Assembly (NCBI GenBank): GCA_043754535.1
Contig: JAYUUN010000084.1
Location: 62,001 to 97,634 of the forward strand
Direction: 5' to 3'
DNA from: Chloroflexota bacterium
Lineage (GTDB): Bacteria > Chloroflexota > Chloroflexia > QHBQ01
Length of the DNA stretch: 35,634 bases
The position numbers and the translations under genes are program-made. Positions 1 to 6,849 of the stretch are shown piece after piece. How positions within the stretch are numbered: position 1 is the stretch's first letter; each line of letters begins with the position of its first letter. The notes beneath the pieces were generated by a model, which saw only the letters and a program-made list of their open reading frames with translations, was not told the DNA's origin and ran no database searches.

Positions 1-1418
1 GCAGTATCGTCGCTGGCGGCTTCCTCGCTGGTGGCTTCCTCGCTGGCGGCTGGCATTGCGTCCTGGGTTGAGGGGTCGGGGGTAAAGTCGGCAGGGAGGG
101 TGGCGACCTCGCCTGGCGCGGCAGCCTCGGTGGCTTCGCTCTCGCTCTGCTCCGCGTCCTCTGTGTCGGCGGTCACATCGTCGTCCGAAAGGTCGGGATT
201 GGCAAGGGCAGCGGTTTGAGCCTTGCTGTCGGCGATCACCGACTTGGTGGTGCTGTCGATCAGCGTGTCAAGCTCGGCTTCGATCTCCGCGTCGTCAACT
301 TCGATCCCCTCAACCTCGGCCAGCCGCTCAACGAGCATTGCTACGCGGCTCTGGCGTTCGATGTCGGGGCGCATATCATCCTCAAGCTCCTTGCGGGTCT
401 TGCCAGTGTACTGGAGGTACTGGTTGAGGTTAATTTTCTGCTCCTTCAGTTGCGCCTCCAGCCGCTTCATCCGCTCGTCAAGCTCCTCGCGCACCATTGA
501 GGATGGTACTGGGAAGTCGGCACTCGCCATCATCTTCTCAAGGATTTGGTCGAGATGTGCCTCACGGCCCTGCGTCTCGCGGCGAGCCACAAGCTCGGTG
601 CGGATGTTCTCGCGCATCGCAGCTTCATTGGCCAAACCCTGCTTGACAGCAATCGCACTCAGTTCGGGCCGCGTCCCCTCCTGCAACTCTACCAGCTTAA
701 TATGGAAGGTAACATCGGCTCCACGTAGCTCCTCATTGCCATAGTCGTCGGGGAAGGTAGTAACAATATCCTTCTCGTCGCCCGGCTTCATGCCGACTAC
801 CCCAGCCAGCAGGTCGGGCAGCACATCGCCACCCTCCTCCGCCGGGATCAGGTCAAGCACATCGTGCTGCACCTGGGCAGAAAGTGGCCCCTGAGCGGTA
901 AAGCCCTGTACGTCCACGTGGGCGCGGTCGCCCATGCGGGCAGCCCGCTCCTCGGCGGGGAAGCTCCACTCGGTCGCCTCACCCACCAGTTGCTTGATCA
1001 CCCGTTCGATTTGGGTGTCGGTGATACTGGTGTCTGGTGCGTCTACCCGAATGTCGCGGTAATCAGCGGGCAGTTGGATGTCGGGCATTACCTCAAGGAT
1101 CACCCGGATAACGAAGGGATCAAGGCTTTTCATTTCGGCCTCTGGCTCGCCAACAGGCCGCAGGTTCGGCTCGCTGTCCAAGCCCTGCTTGAGGGCAGCA
1201 GGCATGAGGTCGTGCATTGCCTCATCCATCATCACCTCGCGGCCCACCACGCGCTCGACCATGTAGCGCGGAGCCTTGCCCCGCCGAAAGCCGGGGACGT
1301 TGACCTGGTTGACGAGGCGGCGGTAGACCTTGTCCATCGCCTTGTTAATCTGCTCGGCCTCGACTTCGATATCAAGGGCGACGCGGCTACCCTCCAGCCG
1401 CTCAGTAGTAGTCTTCAA
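1..1418 (-). CDS. tig: Trigger factor (3' end runs off the window), with a long acidic C-terminal tail
   Basis: Manual minus-strand translation from TTG at 1418 (GGAGA upstream): MKTTTERLEGSRVALDIEVE...VNVPGFRRGKAP (ribosome-binding GFRxGxxP signature), then an FKBP-like region (GMKPGDEKDIVTTFPDDY...VTFHIKL). It is missing from the ORF track because there is no stop in the window. Confidence 0.95.
   Translation of the reverse strand, partial: MKTTTERLEGSRVALDIEVEAEQINKAMDKVYRRLVNQVNVPGFRRGKAPRYMVERVVGREVMMDEAMHDLMPAALKQGLDSEPNLRPVGEPEAEMKSLDPFVIRVILEVMPDIQLPADYRDIRVDAPDTSITDTQIERVIKQLVGEATEWSFPAEERAARMGDRAHVDVQGFTAQGPLSAQVQHDVLDLIPAEEGGDVLPDLLAGVVGMKPGDEKDIVTTFPDDYGNEELRGADVTFHIKLVELQEGTRPELSAIAVKQGLANEAAMRENIRTELVARRETQGREAHLDQILEKMMASADFPVPSSMVREELDERMKRLEAQLKEQKINLNQYLQYTGKTRKELEDDMRPDIERQSRVAMLVERLAEVEGIEVDDAEIEAELDTLIDSTTKSVIADSKAQTAALANPDLSDDDVTADTEDAEQSESEATEAAAPGEVATLPADFTPDPSTQDAMPAASEEATSEEAASDDT
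10..50. repeat. 15-bp-period tandem repeat (TCGCTGGYGGCTTCC, about 2.7 copies) encoding AASEEATSEEAAS in the tig tail
   Basis: Read directly: tcgctggcggcttcc-tcgctggtggcttcc-tcgctggcggc. Confidence 0.7.
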
Positions 1419-1456
1419 ATCTATGCTTCTCCCGTTCACAATTTAGCGTTAGGGCT

Positions 1457-1485
1457 ATTATAACAAATAAGGGGCGCGTCTGGAA
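1457..1485 (-). promoter_or_regulatory. Putative sigma70 promoter of tig (extended -10)
   Basis: Minus strand TTCCAG-N17-TATAAT with TG at -15/-14. Confidence 0.6.
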
Positions 1486-1516
1486 GTGGCAGGGCGTGTG
1501 AGGTGTGTTAGCGTGA

Positions 1517-2932
1517 TCAGCCCCGCTGCTTCTTCTCGCGCGGTGGCTCGCAGCCGCTGATCGCTAGCAGGTAGACCAGCGTCCCCACAACAAGGTAGAC
1601 CAGCGCAAACCATAAGTTGCCATCAACCTGCACGCTGAAGCCCGCTGCCTCGCTCAGGCGGATGCGGCCAGCTTTGACTGCCCGCTGCAACTGATCTTCG
1701 TCGGGGCGGTAGAGGATCGACCAGCCATTGGCGGCGGTGTAGGCGGCAACGACCCGTCCATCGCTGATCCCGGCAGCTACCAGCTTCTGACGATATGCCA
1801 ACCCACCTCGCGTCTCGGCTTGCTGCAAGGCAGCGCGTTCGTCGATCCTCCAAGCAGTGGGCTTAAACTTGCCGATCACCTGGGGGCTGGCTGCTACGGC
1901 CTTGCCAGGCCAACGTGGGTAATGACTGGCGACCGTATAGGTTTGACCGCCAACAGGCTGGTAGAAGGTATAGAGGTCACACTCTGGCGTGGCAAGGTTG
2001 AAGCTGCTGCTAACCTCGCAGGTAGCCACTTGCAAGCTAGCGTCTGTCCCTGTGACCCTTTGGTAGGTCTCCACCATCGGCTGGTAGCGGTAATCTAGCA
2101 CAGCGGGCAGCAGGCCCCGCCCTGCGATCAGGCCGCCCCCGACCACTGCCAGCGCAAGTGGCAGCAGCAAGGCATGGTAGGGGATGGTCAGGGCTGCTGG
2201 CTGGGGCGATGAAGTTGCGCTCCCCTTGCTGCGCTCCACCAGCCCCTCACCCGCGACTGCGTAGCCGAGCGCGGCGGCAATCTCTGCGCTAGTGGCGCAA
2301 TCGAGGCGGGCTTGGCGTAGGAGGCTCGGCCAGCCGGTTAGCTGAAGCAGCAAGTGGCTACGGTGCCACCGCCAGCCGTGCAAGGCAAGGTGGGCGCGCA
2401 AGCCGAGTAGCAGCAGCAGGAGGCTGAGGCCGAGCAGAAAGGCGTAGCCACCCAGCGTCTGCAAGGGGTCAACCGTGCCGTTGAGCAGATCAAGCAGGTA
2501 GAGGGCGGCAAACAGCAGGTAGAGGAAGATCGCCAGCCCCCCCAGCAAGCTGACCACCTGCCGCCCACGCAGCAACTCAAGGTAGGACTTGCGGTAGACG
2601 GCTCGCACCTGCACTGGGCTGACACGCAGCACCTGCGGCCAGATGCCAGCCCGCAGGTAGAGGGTGTCACCCAGCAGCCGCGCCCGTCCGCCGACACTGT
2701 TGGCCTCGTCCAGCCAGAGCAGCAGGCCCGCAAGGGGGAGGCTACCCAGAGCAATCACTGCGCGTAGGTCGCGTTCGTGGTTGCTGTCCACCGCCAGCAC
2801 CCAGAGCAGCACCCCCGCCAGCAGCCCCCAGCCAATAAGTAGCAGCAGCCGCCAACCGAGCAGGGGCAGCACAAGGCTGGCAGGCTGCCAGTTGGGGTGG
2901 GGCGGGGTGGGTGGGAGGTGGGTAGATTGCAT
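1517..2932 (-). CDS. Multi-pass membrane protein of unknown function (last gene of the JAB-E1 operon)
   Basis: 471-aa ORF with GGAG RBS before the ATG, about 6 hydrophobic segments, a short bacterial-PH-like beta stretch (GDTLYLRAGIWPQVLRVSPVQVRAV), a soluble domain of about 150 aa and a final TM; ends KKQRG. Confidence 0.75.
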   Translation of the reverse strand: MQSTHLPPTPPHPNWQPASLVLPLLGWRLLLLIGWGLLAGVLLWVLAVDSNHERDLRAVIALGSLPLAGLLLWLDEANSVGGRARLLGDTLYLRAGIWPQVLRVSPVQVRAVYRKSYLELLRGRQVVSLLGGLAIFLYLLFAALYLLDLLNGTVDPLQTLGGYAFLLGLSLLLLLLGLRAHLALHGWRWHRSHLLLQLTGWPSLLRQARLDCATSAEIAAALGYAVAGEGLVERSKGSATSSPQPAALTIPYHALLLPLALAVVGGGLIAGRGLLPAVLDYRYQPMVETYQRVTGTDASLQVATCEVSSSFNLATPECDLYTFYQPVGGQTYTVASHYPRWPGKAVAASPQVIGKFKPTAWRIDERAALQQAETRGGLAYRQKLVAAGISDGRVVAAYTAANGWSILYRPDEDQLQRAVKAGRIRLSEAAGFSVQVDGNLWFALVYLVVGTLVYLLAISGCEPPREKKQRG

Positions 2933-2970
2933 GGGTTCTCCACTGACCGAAGGCGTAGAGCGGCTTGCTT

Positions 2971-3537
2971 CTAGCGTCGCAGCAGACGGCGCAGGAAGCG
3001 TCGCCCCCAGGAGCGGCTGGCGAGCAGTGCTTCGCTGATCTGTGCATCGCTCAGCCCACCATCGGGGGTGGCGTAGCTAGCTAGCAGGGTGAGGATGTCC
3101 TGTTCGCTGTAGTCGCTGCGGCTAAAGATGGGGTTGGCTAGTTCGAGGGTTGGCGAGCAGCCTGCCAGGTACTCGCTAGCCAGCACCTTGCTCAAGACCC
3201 CCTGCTGCGGTTCGCCGCCGCTGACCAACAAATGCTGCTGACGGGCGAGATTGCCGCCTACCAATCGGTTGAGCATGGTCATCGAACCAGGGTCAAGCCG
3301 CTGGGCCAAACCGAGGTCGGCGGTGGTGGCAGTCGTTGGCGGGGCTGCGGAGGCAAGGCGGGCCACTTCGCGCCGTTGCTCGGTGGTCAGAGCCACGTTC
3401 GGCTGCATCACTGTCTCTGGGGCGCGGGCAGTGGTCGTCTCTGGAGCGCGGGCCAATCCCGCTCGCTCCTGCTCGGCTACCCGTACCCTGCTCTCCTTGC
3501 CGCCGCGCTCTGCCATAATCTTGATCTTCGCCTTCAC
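2971..3537 (-). CDS. Hypothetical protein (188 aa) with an Arg/Leu-rich amphipathic C-terminus
   Basis: Co-oriented within the operon; start is GTG 3537 or ATG 3516; ends SWGRRFLRRLLRR; no recognisable family. Confidence 0.65.
   Translation of the reverse strand: MKAKIKIMAERGGKESRVRVAEQERAGLARAPETTTARAPETVMQPNVALTTEQRREVARLASAAPPTTATTADLGLAQRLDPGSMTMLNRLVGGNLARQQHLLVSGGEPQQGVLSKVLASEYLAGCSPTLELANPIFSRSDYSEQDILTLLASYATPDGGLSDAQISEALLASRSWGRRFLRRLLRR
3413..3453. repeat. Imperfect 17-bp direct repeat with a 24-bp period, encoding ARAPET twice
   Basis: gtctctggggcgcgggc (3413-3429) and gtctctggagcgcgggc (3437-3453). Confidence 0.7.
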
Positions 3538-3599
3538 TTTCGCCTGTCGATAACTTGCGCCTGCGCTCCTACCCGGTGGCTGCCAGAGCTACTACTCGC

Positions 3600-4094
3600 T
3601 CAATCCAACTGCCCCCAGCTAAACAGCCGCCGCAGCCCTGCGCCCAGCCGCGACCAGAAGCCTGGTGGAGTAGGCGGGAGGGGGAGGTTCTGGCCCAGCC
3701 GCTCAAGGTCGCCCAAGAAGCGTTGGCGCACTGCATTGCGCTGCTCGGCGGGCAGTTGCGCGTACCAGCTTGCTGCTGCCGCCCGCGCCAGTTCGCTGCT
3801 CGCCAGCCGCTCGTTGGCAGAGAGCGTCTCTATTTGGGCGCGCACCGCCGTGCCTGCGCTGGCGTGCAGTCGGGCCGTGAGCAGCAAAGACTGCATCGCC
3901 CGCGTGCCATTCGCATCCTCATGCAGCAAACGCAGGCGCGGTTGCAGGAAGGCTGGCACACTGGCGGTGATGTAGCGACCGATCAGATAGTCCTCCGCCT
4001 CCACCGGCTCAAAGTCGTCTACCGGCCCTTGATCGACGGGCCGTTCGCGCTGGGAGCGGGTGATATCCTTGAGGATCGAAAGGTTGGATGGCAT
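3600..4094 (-). CDS. Hypothetical helical protein (164 aa) with a Pro linker and amphipathic C-terminus
   Basis: ATG 4094 preceded by GGGGG; ends PLPPTPPGFWSRLGAGLRRLFSWGQLD; contains no Cys; overlaps the 3' end of the E1 gene by 76 nt. Confidence 0.7.
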   Translation of the reverse strand: MPSNLSILKDITRSQRERPVDQGPVDDFEPVEAEDYLIGRYITASVPAFLQPRLRLLHEDANGTRAMQSLLLTARLHASAGTAVRAQIETLSANERLASSELARAAAASWYAQLPAEQRNAVRQRFLGDLERLGQNLPLPPTPPGFWSRLGAGLRRLFSWGQLD

Positions 4095-5515
4095 AACGCC
4101 CCCAGCCCGTCAGAGGCGGAACTAGCGGAAACCCACTCGCGGCAACGGCACTCGCTGCTATCGTCCAGGGCAGGTAGCCCCTCACCAAAAGGGTAGACGA
4201 GGCGGTTGGGCGCGAGAAAGTTGTACTTCAGCACGTTGCCCGGTAGCGGACGGCTGCCCCCCTCGGCGGGGAACAGTGCATCAAAGTAGTTGCTACCCAC
4301 ACCAGCAGCAAGCAGATTGGTTGTTACCACGCTGGGGTTGGGTTGCACCAGGCAGCCGTCTGGCACCTCCTCCGGGTTGACGGTCAGCGTCTCGCGCAGG
4401 TTGAGCAGGCAGTCCAGGCAGTAGTTGCGCCCCGGCTTGAAGGCGTACATCTGGGCCGAGTGTACCTCCGTTCCCATGTAGACTACCGGCAGCTTGTTGT
4501 CCAGCGCATAGTCATTGATCAAGAGGCTGCTGCTCAGGCTGTCTGTGCAACGGTAGATCACGTCGCAGCCAAAGCCTTCCTTGCCGTCAAAACGCTGCAC
4601 CTTCGCCTCGATCCGCACGTCGGGGCAGATGCGCTGCACCACCTCGGCCAGCACCTCGGCTTTGGTGCGGCCAATGGGGTTGTCGCTCAGGGTGAACATG
4701 ATCTGGCGGTTGAGGTTCACCTCCTCAATGTCGTCGTCGTCCATGATCGTGATCTGCTTGACCCCTTTGAGGGCCAGCAGCAAAACTACCCAGTTGCCCA
4801 GTGCGCCCGCGCCAATCACCAAGGCGTGGCGGTCAGTGTAGGCGGTAGTGACCGGTAGCTGGTCTGCACGGTTGATGTAGTTGGCGGCCAGCATATTATA
4901 GTAGACTGGCACCTTGAGCCGCTGTTCGCCAGGCAGGGGCAGCAAGCTACTACGCCCCTCGTCCGTGACCAGGGCAGCAGCGATGGCGGCAGTGAAGGGG
5001 TCGCTGGGCTGGGCGAAGTAGTCAATCGAGAGGTCGCCCCGCACGATCTGCCCGTCGTGGCCGCGCTTCGCTTCGCTGTGGTAGGCGCGGGCGGAGGCGT
5101 TCAGCACGGGGATGCCGTACTCTTGCCCGTAGCGATAGACGATTAGTTCGCTTACCGGGTCGTTGCTAGTGTCCACGATCAGGTTGGGCTGGCCGAGAAT
5201 GCAGGTGTGCCGGTTGGCCGAGATGCGCCAGATTTCGGCCTCTGCCTCCACATCAGGGTTGATGCGCTCCACCGCCCCAGCCAGAGCCTCCGCCTTGAAC
5301 TGGCGGCCTGCATCGGGATCGAATAGGAACTCGCCATGTCCCGCCCGGTCGAGGAAGGTGTTATCGATGATGCGAATGTGGCCGAAGCCGAGGGCAGCAG
5401 CGGCGGCCACCACGAAGTGGGCCAGTGCGTTCGTGCCTAGCACCACCACTTCGCTCTCCAGCAAAGTCTGCTGGTTCCAGTTGTTGATCCGTTCCTGCCG
5501 ATCATAGCGGGTCAT
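4019..5515 (-). CDS. Tandem ThiF/E1-family activating enzyme (N-terminal inactive plus C-terminal active adenylation domain)
   Basis: Domain 1: RYDRQ (aa 3-7), degenerate Gly loop GTNALA, KAEAL...INPDV. Domain 2: GAGALG (235-240), DDDDIEEVNLNRQ, K285, CTD, CLDC (366-369), putative catalytic C388, PSVVTTNLLAAG, CRC (456-458). Confidence 0.92.
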   Translation of the reverse strand: MTRYDRQERINNWNQQTLLESEVVVLGTNALAHFVVAAAAALGFGHIRIIDNTFLDRAGHGEFLFDPDAGRQFKAEALAGAVERINPDVEAEAEIWRISANRHTCILGQPNLIVDTSNDPVSELIVYRYGQEYGIPVLNASARAYHSEAKRGHDGQIVRGDLSIDYFAQPSDPFTAAIAAALVTDEGRSSLLPLPGEQRLKVPVYYNMLAANYINRADQLPVTTAYTDRHALVIGAGALGNWVVLLLALKGVKQITIMDDDDIEEVNLNRQIMFTLSDNPIGRTKAEVLAEVVQRICPDVRIEAKVQRFDGKEGFGCDVIYRCTDSLSSSLLINDYALDNKLPVVYMGTEVHSAQMYAFKPGRNYCLDCLLNLRETLTVNPEEVPDGCLVQPNPSVVTTNLLAAGVGSNYFDALFPAEGGSRPLPGNVLKYNFLAPNRLVYPFGEGLPALDDSSECRCREWVSASSASDGLGALCHPTFRSSRISPAPSANGPSIKGR

Positions 5516-6726
5516 GTCCGCTCAACCTCTCTCTCCATCACTACTTCGCGGCCCGCAACAAAAGCCTTGACCTTCATCTTCAGCGGTGGCGGTGGCATAG
5601 TTATCTTGCGCGACATCAGGCGGCGGGGTGGCTCCTCCAGACCAAACAGGTTAGCAATCGCGTACTGCACCATCTCACCAAAGTTGAGCGGTGCATACTC
5701 CGGCTCTGGGGCGGGGGCGGCTACGCTGGCAGCCGGGCTGCCCAGGCTGCCCTCCTCGCGCTCAAGGCGGACGCGCTCCTCCTTGCTCAGTTGGTCGATC
5801 ATGTACTCTGGGATCGCCCGGTAGCCGCGTTGGGTGGGGACAACTACCTTCTCGCGCAAGGTTTGCTCGATCTGCGCCTTTAGTTCCTCACTCAGTACAA
5901 TATCGTTCGCCACCTCAACTACGCGGATCGGTATCTCATAGGTGCTGCGGTTGATCGTACCGTCGTGGGTGATCGTCGCCACCGAAATCTCGCTGTAGGC
6001 AAAGCGGGTGTCGTGGCCACCCTTCTGGCCGCTGAACGACTGGAAGAAGCCATCGAGGTCGCGCCCATTAAAGATCAGGCTCTTGCTCCAATAGATCGTC
6101 ACTGGCGTTTCGTCTACCCACTCCCCCACGCTCAAGTTGGGCTGCTTACCGTCAAGGTTGGCGGCCATCTTGAGGCTCACCCGCTTCTTGCTCTTGTCGT
6201 CAAAGAGAACAAGTTGATCGCCCTCCATTGCCACTTTCGGCTGGCGGATGGTCAGGCGGTCGTAGCCAGTCAGCTTGTTGTTGCTGCCCAGGCGATCCAG
6301 GACGGCGTAGTTGTTACGGGCATCGGTGCTGCTGGGTAGGGGAGAGAAGCCAGGGTGGAGGTGCGCCCAAGAGTAGGGGACGTACTCCTCTGGTATCTGA
6401 GCCATCGCCCCCTCAAGCATCTCGCTCACCGTATCCACCGCCGTGTAGATGCGCGTGTTCTCTGGCTGGTAGGGGATGTAGAAGTTGCGGGTGACGGGCT
6501 GGGGGTCGTTGCGCCCCTTCAGTTGGATGGTATAGATTTCGCGGCTGTATTCGCCCCGTGCAAGGCCATGCTCCTCCAACACGCGGAAGTAGGAGCCGAT
6601 GATGTGGTAGAACAGGCGCACGGCACCGGGGGAGATGAGCATCTGCTCAACCTCGCTAGCTGCACTGGTCAGGGTGGTGCTGCTCGAATCCGGGGCTGTA
6701 TTTTCCAGCAACTTACTCAGCTTCAT
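5512..6726 (-). CDS. JAB/MPN+ (JAMM) zinc metallopeptidase with a long C-terminal extension (404 aa)
   Basis: ATG 6726 follows a GGAGGAG RBS; E63 (REIYTIQLKG) and WAHLHPGFSPLPSSTD match H-x-H-x7-S-x2-D exactly; the stop overlaps the E1 start (ATGA, 5512-5515). Confidence 0.88.
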   Translation of the reverse strand: MKLSKLLENTAPDSSSTTLTSAASEVEQMLISPGAVRLFYHIIGSYFRVLEEHGLARGEYSREIYTIQLKGRNDPQPVTRNFYIPYQPENTRIYTAVDTVSEMLEGAMAQIPEEYVPYSWAHLHPGFSPLPSSTDARNNYAVLDRLGSNNKLTGYDRLTIRQPKVAMEGDQLVLFDDKSKKRVSLKMAANLDGKQPNLSVGEWVDETPVTIYWSKSLIFNGRDLDGFFQSFSGQKGGHDTRFAYSEISVATITHDGTINRSTYEIPIRVVEVANDIVLSEELKAQIEQTLREKVVVPTQRGYRAIPEYMIDQLSKEERVRLEREEGSLGSPAASVAAPAPEPEYAPLNFGEMVQYAIANLFGLEEPPRRLMSRKITMPPPPLKMKVKAFVAGREVVMEREVERT

Positions 6727-6819
6727 GCAAGGCTCCTCCAGGCTGGTGGGACTGGCTCTGTGCTTCTCTCTACGCAGTGGCAAGCCGAAAGTTGCAGTGG
6801 GTGCGCCAGTAGTACGGCT

Positions 6820-6848
6820 ATTGTACCTGCAAGCATGCTAGCTGTCAA
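6820..6848 (-). promoter_or_regulatory. Near-consensus sigma70 promoter of the JAB-E1 operon
   Basis: Minus strand TTGACA (6843-6848)-N17-TACAAT (6820-6825), immediately after the prepilin peptidase stop. Confidence 0.8.
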
Positions 6849-6849
6849 T

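Noticed and set aside
31..1463. Several plus-strand ORFs (62-199 aa) in the ORF track
   Set aside because: They are antisense shadows of the minus-strand tig gene, which the track missed because it has no stop inside the window.
3050..3190. 188-aa protein as an E2/UBC enzyme (single Cys in LAGCSPTLEL...DILTLLASYATP)
   Set aside because: There is no HPN-like motif and no preceding beta-sheet pattern, so the resemblance is too weak. The 164-aa protein has no Cys at all.
4019..6726. Ordinary thiamine, molybdopterin or cysteine sulfur-transfer locus, or CBASS Cap2/Cap3
   Set aside because: No thiS/moaD/cysO, thiG, moaE, rhodanese or cysteine synthase gene, no nucleotide cyclase and no E2 fusion is nearby, and the E1 is a tandem inactive/active form.
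6814..6848. Resemblance of the promoter to synthetic Anderson-series promoters (TTGACAGCTAGC...AGGTAcAAT)
   Set aside because: The middle of the spacer differs and there is no other vector sequence. GCTAGC is common in this DNA, so coincidence is more likely than contamination.
1517..6849. A ubiquitin-like (ThiS/MoaD/beta-grasp) gene belonging to the JAB-E1 operon
   Set aside because: No listed operon ORF ends in Gly-Gly or shows a beta-grasp pattern, and the intergenic gaps are too short to hold one. A highly diverged domain inside a larger ORF cannot be excluded without structure prediction.
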